NCBI RefSeq assembly: GCF_902652985.1
Contig: NC_047026.1
Span: 3,286,001 to 3,350,000, forward strand
DNA: 64,000 bases
Direction: 5' to 3'
Source: Pecten maximus
Taxonomy: Eukaryota
Below the pieces are notes generated by a model. It saw only the letters and a list, made by a program, of their open reading frames with translations, made no database searches and was not told where the DNA came from. This document shows, in pieces, positions 53,530-64,000 of this stretch; the first letter of the stretch is position 1, and each line of letters opens with the position of its first letter. A program made the position numbers and the translations under genes.

Positions 53530-53855
53530 CGAGGGCTGATTGATAAGTTGTGAGCTCCATATTGAATTTTTTGAATTTTGCCGGACATATTGTACATGTA
53601 TCATTTTTCAACATAATCCCCTTCAGTATCTATACACTTTTGCCAGCGGTTTTTAGGGGCATCAATCCCACTTTTATAGAACTCCTTTTCTTGGCTGTTC
53701 AGAAAGTCATCCACTGCATGTTAGGGTTAGGGTTAGGATGCCTGAAGTAGCTGTTTTTAGTTTTAGAAAAAGATGGAAGTCTGATGGAGCGAGATCAGGT
53801 GAATAAGGCGGATGCTCAATCAATTTAAAGCCACAATCGTGAATGGCAGCCATGG
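53530..53855 (-). mobile_element. mariner transposon 3' fragment
   Basis: HPPYSPDLAPSDFHLF motif and C-terminus AVDDFLNSQEKEFYKSGI..RWQKCIDTEGDYVEK*. TA|CGAGGG TIR end at 53528-53535. Confidence 0.92.
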
Positions 53856-54005
53856 CAATATATATAGTATGTATAAAGTCAGCTTTATATACATTACATG
53901 ATATGAATAATATATGAGCACGAAACAATTAGTATTTAATTCAAATGTCGTTTTATCAGGCGTTGACCTGCCCGAATTAGTGGATAAGACCTCATCTCAT
54001 CCCGG

Positions 54006-54078
54006 GCCGAAATAGCTCAGTTGGGAGAGCGTTAGACTGAAGATCTAAAGGTCCCTGGTTCGATCCCGGGTTTCGGCA
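54006..54078 (+). tRNA. tRNA-Phe (GAA)
   Basis: Canonical 73-nt metazoan tRNA-Phe sequence with anticodon loop CTGAAGA and a downstream T-run terminator. Confidence 0.98.
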
Positions 54079-55734
54079 TTCTTATTTTTTTTCTATTGCC
54101 AATGACAACTTCGGTGTCTCCTCTGCTGCATTTTATAGTATAAATTCTCCATTTTGATGACTTTGTTGTAGAATTGGGTCTTTCATGCGTATTGAAAGTG
54201 ATGAGATTTTGTTTTATCGATTTATGAGTTTTGTGTTATACACATGTATTCGCCGTTTAGTTCACATCGACATTGTTTCTATATAGATATATGTTTGTGT
54301 TTATTGCTACGTTTGTATTTTAGCTTTTTCATAGTAAATGTAAAATTTACATTTTTCCTTTGTCATATGAGTGGGTATTGGTCAATGACACACAGTTGTT
54401 ACATTACATCCGGGTATTTGGAATTGTGACAAAAGCACTGTCACAGACATGTATACAAACAAACCAAAAATTATGATAAAGCACATGCAATGAATATACA
54501 ACCGTGTCAAATTAAAATGTCCAAATCCACGATTAGGAGTGATAGTAAATATAACACTTTAAAAGTTATTGTAGTTGAACCTCAGAAAACGTAACTCCAT
54601 GCATCTATAGAACCAATATTGTGACGATGAATCTTTCAGAAAGTAATATTTCACGGGAAAGATTAATTGACTTTGAGAAAATGAATAGATAAATTATGAA
54701 TTAATTTTGAACCGTATGTAAATGCGGATATATAGACATTTACACGTGTACACCATGATCTATTAACACAACAATAGATGATATTAATGATTGACGTATT
54801 TTCTCAGAAAATAATGTAGATTTTATAAGATGCAAAATATAACTTAATCAACATTTCGGGTTTATTGCTTTAGACAGATTTGATGACTCACCTTGTCCAA
54901 TTGATTGTATCATACCACAGAAAAAAATGTAGGAAAACAAGTGGGTATATAGCACTTTAAACCTGAGATAAATAGTGAAATTACGAATTAAAAACTGCAT
55001 CAGTCAGTAATAACGCTAAAGTTAAAAAGTGGAGACCTAAAAGGGAGGAATAAAAATGTTAGAATATTTACTGTATTTTTAGGTACATTTTTATAGGAGT
55101 TATCTCCCCTGTCAGTTATGACGTATAGTGATGTAGCCTGCTGGGTGTCACATTTTGGATAGTGACAACTGGAAAACGACAAAGCTTTGTGATTTATAGG
55201 GGAGATCACTCAATTTTATGTGATTAAAACAAAACCCTCTACAATGATGTGCTGTATTATCTGAATCTCCATGGCGATGTCATTTTTTTTTAGCAAAATA
55301 TGTTCCAATATTCACATTTTGGTGAAATAAATGAAAAATACACACCCTGAAAATTTGAATTCGTTTGTGTGAACTAAACATGTATAACGAACTCCAAAGA
55401 AGATATTCTCTGTAATTTCCCGTTTTCGAAATAGAATCGCTATAGAATTTAACATTTTCGTTTATCTTATCATGCATCCTAAAAAAATAGCAAATGCAGA
55501 CATGGCTCTTGGCTTTAATTTATTCTCGCCGATTAAAATAAAGGAACTCTGGTACATACATTTAGGTTACTCTACCTCCAAGGTAATCGATTTGTCGTCA
55601 CTCAAAGTGTACTCAACCATAAAGTATGGTACATGTATGTAAATTATTCACTGGTTATTACTACATGCTTACTGTGTCGCCTTAGGCTTGGACAAGTTTT
55701 AGCTGGATATATTCACCTAAATATCCCTCATAGG

Positions 55735-55807
55735 GCCGAAATAGCTCAGTTGGGAGAGCGTTAGACTGAAGATCTAAAGGTCCCTGGTTCGATCCCGGGT
55801 TTCGGCA
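55735..55807 (+). tRNA. tRNA-Phe (GAA)
   Basis: Identical canonical copy. Confidence 0.98.
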
Positions 55808-56147
55808 TGACCATTACTTTTTAAGTAAATAAAAATGTAGGTCAACTTCCTGTACATAATAAAAAGTATGTGACTAAGTGTTATCTCAAAGTCGTAGACA
55901 TGTAAGATTTTGTATGAATATACAGTATATAATTTATTTCATAACTGTCATTTTCAAAATGCAAGTGACATAGATGGACATGTCGTTTAAATTGTTGTCT
56001 CAAATATCTCCAACTCATCCCGGCTGACCGACTTTGTCATTTACACATTTAGAGTGCAAAAATAACAGTGATCATGAATGAAATTTATTTGCAGAAACCA
56101 TGTTTCAAAAAACTAATATTTTACATCAAAACAAGTTTTGGTTCGAA

Positions 56148-56414
56148 TCATCACTGACGGGACGGAACAGTTGTATAATGTCCCTACCGTCAATGACGCG
56201 TCCTAAAAGGACGGACCAGTTGTATAATGTCCCTACCGTCAATGACGCGTCCTAAAAGGACGGACCAGTTGTATAGTGTCCCGACCGTCACTGACGAGTC
56301 CTAAAAGGACGGACCAGTTGTATAGTGTCTCTACCGTCACTGACGAGTCCTAAAAGGACGGACCAGTTGTATAGTGTCTCTACCGTCACTGACGAGTCCT
56401 ATAACGACGAAACT
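56148..56414 (+). ncRNA. 49-bp tandem array of hammerhead-ribozyme-derived units (about 5.5 copies, degenerate)
   Basis: Units TCA-CTGACGA-GTCC-TAAAA-GGAC-GGAC-CAGTTGTA. The GAAA core is mutated except in the last unit (GACGAAAC at 56406). Confidence 0.8.
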
Positions 56415-56855
56415 ACACTAATATGAAGTTTATGGGGTTGTTTTTTTTTGGGGGGGGGGGGGGGGGGTTGCATGCAGTTTAACTGTGGGATACAGTATAA
56501 CTGTGAATAAATTAATAAAAAGTCGATGTGTGAATGCGTGATTTTTGTACAAATGTTCAATCATGCATTAAAATCATATTAAGGTGTCATTCATAAATCA
56601 TTTAGTCAAAAGTAATACAGGATTATGAGAAAATGTTTTATAGATATGCAATGTACTTTAGATACAGATGTTTGATATACCTATTCTATTATGATACGCG
56701 AGATAAATATTATACATCAAAATTAACTAAACGAATTATTTTTCTTTCTTTTTTTCATTAAGAGTTAAATGATCTGATGCAATAATTTTCTTTCAAACTA
56801 GACTGGCCCAGCACTTAATGTCTGAACCTCAGACGACCGGGTTTACAGCCGTGTG

Positions 56856-56928
56856 GCCGAAATAGTTCAGTTGGGAGAGCGTTAGACTGAAGATCTAAAG
56901 GTCCCTGGTTCGATCCCGGGTTTCGGCA
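56856..56928 (+). tRNA. tRNA-Phe (GAA), C11T D-stem variant
   Basis: TAGTTCAG instead of TAGCTCAG, otherwise identical. Confidence 0.95.
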
Positions 56929-57216
56929 GAGGTTTTATTTTGGATTTCCAACGTTCTAGGCCTAATAGTACCATTTGTTCTTTGACACTGTCGTATATTT
57001 CGTCCTGTTGTTAAATATTTTGATCGTGTGTGTCAAGGTTACTGTTTACCCCAATATATTGTGTTTTATTTTCACTGCACATATATCAACAATCCTGGGG
57101 GGAAAGGTGATGCAATTATTCTTTAAAACCAGACTGGTCTTAAGACTTTATAAGACTATATATCGCTTTAAGACCAGTCGGCCTGCTTTATAACTATTTG
57201 AGAATGATAGCATGAA

Positions 57217-57289
57217 GCCGAAATAGCTCAGTTGGGAGAGCGTTAGACTGAAGATCTAAAGGTCCCTGGTTCGATCCCGGGTTTCGGCA
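57217..57289 (+). tRNA. tRNA-Phe (GAA)
   Basis: Identical canonical copy. Confidence 0.98.
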
Positions 57290-57771
57290 GAGAGCTTATT
57301 TTAAGTTTCCAAATCTTCTAATAGTGGCCATTGTTGACGCTGTTGTATATTTCGTCCTGGATACTGACACTATTTTATATTGCCGTTGTGATAAATATTT
57401 TGATTATGTGTGTTGACGCTACAGATTACCCCAATGGTACTATTCCAAACTTGAGAAAAATGTTACTCACCCAAAAAATATCAGCACTTAGGTTATATAT
57501 TGAAAATGCATTGCCTCAAACGTTCTATTTCAAACTGAAACATGTTAAAAAATATTAATCTGAATATGTCTGCATTCATTCCAATAAAACATGATGTACA
57601 TACACATGGTCTACCTCAGAGCAGGTCTACGTACAGTTAATATGTATTCGAGCATGTTGCATCATACGTAAACTATCTTCAAGCTATTTTATCTCTTAAT
57701 CATGACAAATTATCATCTCCTGAGACGGCCTGGTCTATCTCAACTAGATGTGAGGATTTAGAATCTTAATA

Positions 57772-57843
57772 GACGAAATAGCACAGTTAGATAACATTGT
57801 ACTGAAGATCGAAAGATCCCTTGTTAAACCGCGAGTTTCGGCA
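57772..57843 (+). pseudogene. Degenerate tRNA-Phe pseudogene
   Basis: GACGAAATAGCACAGTT..ACTGAAGATC..GTTTCGGCA with a disrupted D arm and B box. Confidence 0.85.
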
Positions 57844-57989
57844 TTAATGTTACGCTTAGATAAGCAACATTTTAAAGCCAATTCAATTTTTTGTATAGAA
57901 CATGGTGCATGAGACTTATTGTTAGTTAAAAATCACGGAGAGTTAGCGTTCTTAATATTTTGCCCAGAGTATGCATACCATCTTAATCC

Positions 57990-58436
57990 AAATGAAGAGC
58001 CCAAAAAGCTGTGTGATGTCTCTATAATCACTGCCGAGTCCTAGAAGGACGAAAAAGCTGTGTGATGTCTCTATAATCACTGCCGAGTCCTAGAAGGACG
58101 AAAAAGCTGTGTGATGTCTCTATAATCACTGACGAGTCCTAAAAGGACGAAACAGTTTTATGGCCTCTCTATAATCACTGCCCAGTCCTAAAAGGACGAA
58201 TCATCAGTATGATGCCCCTGACATCACTGACCAGTCCTAGAAGGACAAAACAGTTGTAGGATATGATGTGATGTGATGTGTCTAGCATCACTGTCGAGTC
58301 CTAGGAGGACGAAACAGCTGTATGATGGCTCTAACATCACTGTCGAGTCCTAAAACGACGAATCATCAGTATGATGTACCTAACATCACTGAAGAGTCAT
58401 GGAAGGAGGAAACATCCGTATGTCTCTAGCATCACT
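57990..58436 (+). ncRNA. 49-bp tandem array of minimal hammerhead ribozyme motifs (8 units plus partials)
   Basis: Consensus CATCA-CTGACGA-GTCC-TARAA-GGAC-GAAA-CAGCTG-TA-TGATG, i.e. stem I CATCA/TGATG, CUGANGA core, stem II, GAAA, palindromic stem III ACAGCTGT and a GUA cleavage triplet. Confidence 0.85.
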
Positions 58437-58850
58437 ATATATCCAGAATCCATTTTGTACGTAATTTGTGTCGGTTACAGGAAACTATTTCCATGTTTAC
58501 TTTTGAGGGAATAAAAAATGGAAGTTACATTAAAACACGTCTTTGATTATGTCCTCGAGTCTACACCGCCACAAAGCTAATCCCTGACACGGCAATCTAT
58601 TATACACGATACTTTTTACATAATACATCAATGTTAAACACCCATAACTTTTCGTGTGTCCTTGCTCATTGAGAGGTAAATATCATATTCCCTACAGATA
58701 ATTTGTGTTTTACTTTCACTGCACATAAATCAACCATCCTGAAAAAAAAGAGGATGCGATTATTTTCGTTCAAACCAGAATGGTCTAGAGACTATATCCC
58801 CTTAAAATCATTCGACCCGTTTTACAACTATCTGAGTATGATAGCTCGCA

Positions 58851-58923
58851 GCCGAAATAGCTCAGTTGGGAGAGCGTTAGACTGAAGATCTAAAGGTCCC
58901 TGGTTCGATCCCGGGTTTCGGCA
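58851..58923 (+). tRNA. tRNA-Phe (GAA)
   Basis: Identical canonical copy. Confidence 0.98.
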
Positions 58924-59427
58924 TTAATATTTTTTTATGTATATTTCGTCCTGATTGATATTGCCGTTTTGCTAATGAGCTTGATATCAAATGTTAACAC
59001 AGCATTTTCCTCAACATGCCATAAGTTGTTATTTCAAACATTTCCCACTCACCAAAATAATCAGTACCTGAGTGATAGATTGAAAATTCATGGCTTCAAA
59101 TGTAAAATTTCAAAATGAGACTTGCTCTCTAAAATCTGTCTTCACGGCTTGGCGTATGAATGTAAATTTCCTGTGATAATTGTGAGTAAAATCAAATCAT
59201 CTTCTTATTTTCTCAATAATATCAAATTAATTTTCTCCAGTGTTAATTGACAGTATTTCTTGCATATCGCATACATTGTATAACGACCATTTCGAAAAAA
59301 ATAATAATCTGGGACAATACCTATTTTGTCAAATCTACAACATGTGTAATCACTATGTATCGCCTTGAGGTCCAACATTCCAGTTGACACCTTAACTCGA
59401 TAACGTATCTCGAGATAACAACGTACA

Positions 59428-59500
59428 GCCGAAATAGCTCAGTTGGGAGAGCGTTAGACTGAAGATCTAAAGGTCCCTGGTTCGATCCCGGGTTTCGGCA
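59428..59500 (+). tRNA. tRNA-Phe (GAA)
   Basis: Identical canonical copy. Confidence 0.98.
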
Positions 59501-60665
59501 TAGTAATTCTTTTAGTTTCCAAACCTTTAATTATATTCCTCAATTTGACGCTGTTGTTTCGTCCCAAATGCTAATACCGTTTCATACTGCAGTTGTTCTA
59601 GATATTTTGATCGTGTTTGTTATGTCACATCAAGTGTTGATATTTCTCTATCAAGTGGCATCGATTGACATGTTGTTTGATTAAAAGTTTAAAATGGCTC
59701 TAAATCATTCTTCTGACAGTTGGCATGTTAAAACTGAAAACAGCAAGGCATGGAAGCTATGAACAACACCATGCTTTAATCAATTTGTCATAAACTATTA
59801 TTTTGCATATCTAAAGAATCTATGACGATTCCTCTAAGGATGCAGCAGCTGTATAGTACAGCTCTGAATTCTTTGTTCGGCACTCTCTCATACTAAATAA
59901 ACACAAGAAATGGACTTATTGATATTTATACAATTCTTTGAGATTTCTGGGTGGTAAGCAATGTTGTGGACCTAACGAGTTGTTGTTATCCTGCATAGCA
60001 TGTTTAAATAGTCCTGGATTCAGTTAAGAATAAACACCCATATGCCTATTTCAAGTTACTTTGAAACATTTAATATCTGAACCAATAGTGCGAAACTGAT
60101 TAAATGGAATTAGTTTACCCCTTCTGGATTTCCACACTTCAATTCTTATAATTAATGAGGAGTCATAGAAGGACCAAACAACTGAATTATAGAGTTTCTT
60201 TTATTTGTTGCTAAATTCGTATTGAACACCATGTTCGCGTGGCGTTTGTACGATTCTTTGGTCGTTCGTTCAATTTAAACAAACAAACGAATTGACAAAC
60301 TAAAAATCTTAATTGTTCGTACCTGATCTTCTAAGTTAGTTGAAGATCTCGTTTTATTCAACATTTAATTTTTAATGCTAATTTGATGGCTCGGAACAAT
60401 ACAAGATTCCGATGCAATGGTGTGTAATGTTTTAGTGCTTTATGTATATATCCATTCTCTGTGGTAAACGAGATCGATATTACACATCAATGTTAGTCAA
60501 ACACAAACCAGGCAAATGCTTTGTTTTCTTGATCATTAACATATAAAAGTTATTTTCACCTGAATTTAGCAAATCTCTCACATTTACTAATCATTTCTCG
60601 CCTTAAAGAGAGGCGACCCGATTTATACCTTAACACGACAACCTGTCTAGAGAATATAACGTACA

Positions 60666-60738
60666 GCCGAAATAGCTCAGTTGGGAGAGCGTTAGACTGA
60701 AGATCTAAAGGTCCCTGGTTCGATCCCGGGTTTCGGCA
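60666..60738 (+). tRNA. tRNA-Phe (GAA)
   Basis: Identical canonical copy. Confidence 0.98.
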
Positions 60739-61269
60739 TAGTAATTCTTTTAGGTTCCTTAAGTTCTAATTGCATATTTCGTCCTAAATGCTAATAACGT
60801 TTTATACTGCTGTCGTTTCAGATATTTTGATCGTGTGTGTTATGCCACATTTAATATATACATGTATGTTAAAACTTGTGAAACATTTTACTCTCCAAAA
60901 TTATCAGCACCGAAGTCATAGATAAAAAATACATTTAAATATTGCATTGCTTCAAATGTTCAGATTCAAAATGAAACTTGTTATTCACAGCTTCACAGCT
61001 TGGTGTATAAATATACATTTCCTGTGATAATTTTGATGTTTCTTTATTATTTTGCTTATCACTGATATAATGAATTAATTTTCTGCAAAGTTAATTTACT
61101 GCATTTCTGGCATGTCTTATATAAGGACATTTCGAATAATAGCCTGACTCAATACTTATTTTGTCATATCTACAACAGGCCTAACTTTGTAACCCTATAT
61201 ATCGCCATAAGGGCCAACAGTCCAGTTGACACCTTAACTAGATAACGTATCTCGAGAGAACATCATGCA

Positions 61270-61342
61270 GCCGAAATAGCTCAGTTGGGAGAGCGTTAGA
61301 CTGAAGATCTAAAGGTCCCTGGTTCGATCCCGGGTTTCGGCA
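61270..61342 (+). tRNA. tRNA-Phe (GAA)
   Basis: Identical canonical copy. Confidence 0.98.
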
Positions 61343-62284
61343 TGACACTTCTTTTGGTTCACAAAGCTGTATTTCAATATGGCGTTGCTATGCAGAATAT
61401 CGTGGGTGGGACTTTGCTTGTTTTAAATGTGATGTTAAAAATTCATGAAGCAGTTGCCATTAGCCCATATTTTAAGATAAATTCTAATAAAAATGGAATC
61501 TCTAGTAAGAAATATTAGTAAAACAAAGGAACCTTTTTTATTGTTATATCAAGTTGCATAAATTGACATGTTGTTTGATTAGGAGTTTAAATAACTCCAA
61601 GTCATTCATCAGATAGTTTGCTCGTCGAGAGTGAGAAAACAGCAAGGCATGAAAGCTATGAACAACAGTATGCTTCAATCAAATTGCCATAAACTTCAGT
61701 TTTGTATATCTAAAGAATCCATGACGATTCCTCTTAGGATGCAGCAGCTGTATATTACAGCTCTGTATTAATTGCTCGGCACTCTATACAAGTAAAAGCA
61801 TTATTGATATTTATACAATTCTTTGAGATTTCTGGGTGGTAAGCAATGCTGATGGACCTAGAGAGTTATCGTGCATAACATTTTTTTTAAATTCCCCTGA
61901 ATTCTGCAACAACAAAGAAAATACCTTTATCATAGATTAAAGATACATCGACGATAATTCATTGCTTCAAATGATTAATTCAAATGAAATGTACTATTAA
62001 AAATCTGTCTTCACAGCTTGGTGTGTAAATATGCATTTTTTTTTTGTGAATATTGTGAAACGTTTACATTTTTCCTGATTTTGATATATAAAATGACTTT
62101 GATCCAAAGTTAATTTACGCCATTTCAGGCATATAACATATAATGATCACTTCGAATAACAAAACAATCTGACGAAATCAAATCTACAACAGACCTCGCC
62201 GTGTAATCCCTACATATCACCTTAAGGTCCAACAGTCCAGTTGTCACCTTAACTCGATAACGTATCTCGAGATAGCAACATACA

Positions 62285-62357
62285 GCCGAAATAGCTCAGT
62301 TGGGAGAGCGTTAGACTGAAGATCTAAAGGTCCCTGGTTCGATCCCGGGTTTCGGCA
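62285..62357 (+). tRNA. tRNA-Phe (GAA)
   Basis: Identical canonical copy. Confidence 0.98.
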
Positions 62358-62878
62358 AGATATTTCTTTTGACTCAAATCGCTATTGTTAATAAGGCGAT
62401 AACTTCCCATACTTCTGCTCTTATCGTCACTGAGGAATCATAGAAGGACCATGAGCAATGTGATAGAGATTCTTTTATTTATTGCTAATTTTTATTGAAC
62501 GTTTGTACGATCATTTAGTCGTATATTCAATTTAAACAAACAAATAAACCACACTTCATGAATAAATCATAACTTATATTGTAAGATGAATCATTCATTT
62601 CTTTTTTCTTATTCAACATTTCAACCATCTCTGCCAAAAGGATGGGTCTGTACAATACATAATTCTGATGCAATGATTTTATCAACGTGTTCCATTCTCT
62701 GCGATACACGAGACCGATATTACAAATGAATGTTAGCCAAACCAAGCAATTTCTGTGTTTTTTTTATCATTAGAATAGTAAAACTATTGTCACATTAACT
62801 TATTACTTCCTCAACTTAAATAGAGGCGGTTATATTTATGCCTTCACTTGACAACTTGTCTTTAGAATATAATACGCA

Positions 62879-62907
62879 GCCGAAATAGCTCAGTTGGGAG
62901 AGCGTTA
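62879..62907 (+). pseudogene. Truncated tRNA-Phe (5' 29 nt only)
   Basis: Perfect GCCGAAATAGCTCAGTTGGGAGAGCGTTA, then an abrupt switch to unrelated AT-rich sequence. Confidence 0.9.
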
Positions 62908-64000
62908 TTTAAAGATTTTTTTATAATTATATAAAATAAATGTTTTGGGTTTTATTAGTAAGAGAAATATTCCCGAAACATCCGTACAAATTTATATTAG
63001 AAAGTCTTACAGAGAAATACACATGTCTCAATATAGTATTCTCAAAATAAACTGATATTTTTATCATTTTTCATTTGTTCTCCAAAATCAAGGTAACCGA
63101 TCTTCGTGATTATTTAAGCAATAGCTTGCTTGGCAGTATTTGAGAAACGCGTAGAACAGATTGATTCCTTGTATGAAATTGATTCGATGTGTTCATTGCA
63201 TACCCGTGATATTGACAATCATGGACATGACCGGTGTATAATATCCATCAGTTTCCTGTTTGTCCAGGCCCCGCGAACAGCATGCTTCCTCCGGTATGCC
63301 GTGATTAATGCGCTGAGAAACGATTTGCCGAAGCATTTATACAGTTTTATTGAATAATAAACATTTATATGGCCATTATGCTTGGGTCTTCAAATTAGTA
63401 TGAAGTCAAGTATTCATGGAAATATTTAAAGAGCGGATATTAACCCGCTGATGCGAGATTTTCAAAGTAGTATTACGCAGATTACAACATTTATGGCCAG
63501 GACGGGTTTGGTTCTGAGAAAGAACTTGTAGTGGACATTGGAATCACGCGTTCAACCTTTCTGCCAGACCGTCATAAATGGACACGTTCAATGGAGCACC
63601 TCTCGTACTGAAACTTGTTTTAAACAATATGTGTCAAAAAGTGTTTGATAGGTTTATCCGGGTAATCAATTTCAAAATCAGTGGTGCCATTTTATCATGT
63701 CTTAAACATACCTACTATTTGGGTGTCAATCTCAAAATGTGCAACATATACCATCTATAAGCTGACGTATGTGATATCAAAAGGAATGTATTTTATCTTA
63801 ATACATTTAATATATTTAATAATGTCAGTGTCTTGCCTTACAGTACTTTTAGCCTTTTGTATGATAAGTCATTTCTAGTTTCACTTTTATTACAGTCTAT
63901 TTTTAAAATGTTTGATATTGCAGAATATGTATCATTATTTCGTTTGACATCACTTCGACCGATCTCTATACTGTATTTTCTTCGGGAATGAATTCTCCGG

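Noticed and set aside
63130-63357. 75-aa ORF as a gene
   Set aside because: Non-ATG start, no recognisable motif, and neighbouring frames contain stops.

Overview
AT-rich eukaryotic (invertebrate) genomic DNA. A bivalve mollusc is the most likely source, inferred from the HINE/Helentron-type repeats, a V-SINE core and the TRIM expansion. (1) About 1-50 kb is a tandem segmental-duplication cluster of single-coding-exon TRIM genes (RING, B-box1, B-box2, coiled coil, NHL-like beta-propeller). Three copies are intact (16420, 37829, 47147), one is frameshifted (3331), and there are two pseudogene fragments. Each gene sits directly downstream of a 26-bp minisatellite that lies in a predicted 5'UTR intron. 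The paralogues are almost invariant in RING and coiled coil, hypervariable at the predicted propeller top face, and are patchwork mosaics of each other and of the pseudogene fragments. (2) Transposons are inserted in the cluster: a decayed full-length I/Nimb-type LINE, a CMC/EnSpm-type element with a DUF4806-like exon, MITEs, HINEs and a possible solo LTR. A V-SINE fragment and a mariner fragment lie just downstream (52-54 kb). (3) About 54-63 kb is a tRNA-Phe(GAA) gene cluster with 9 full copies, 1 degenerate and 1 truncated. Its spacers carry 49-bp tandem arrays in which every unit is a minimal hammerhead ribozyme motif with a palindromic stem III, mostly decayed, plus four solitary remnants. 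The two best candidates for an unusual system are the recombination-shuffled, hypervariable TRIM-NHL repertoire and the hammerhead satellite interleaved with tRNA genes.
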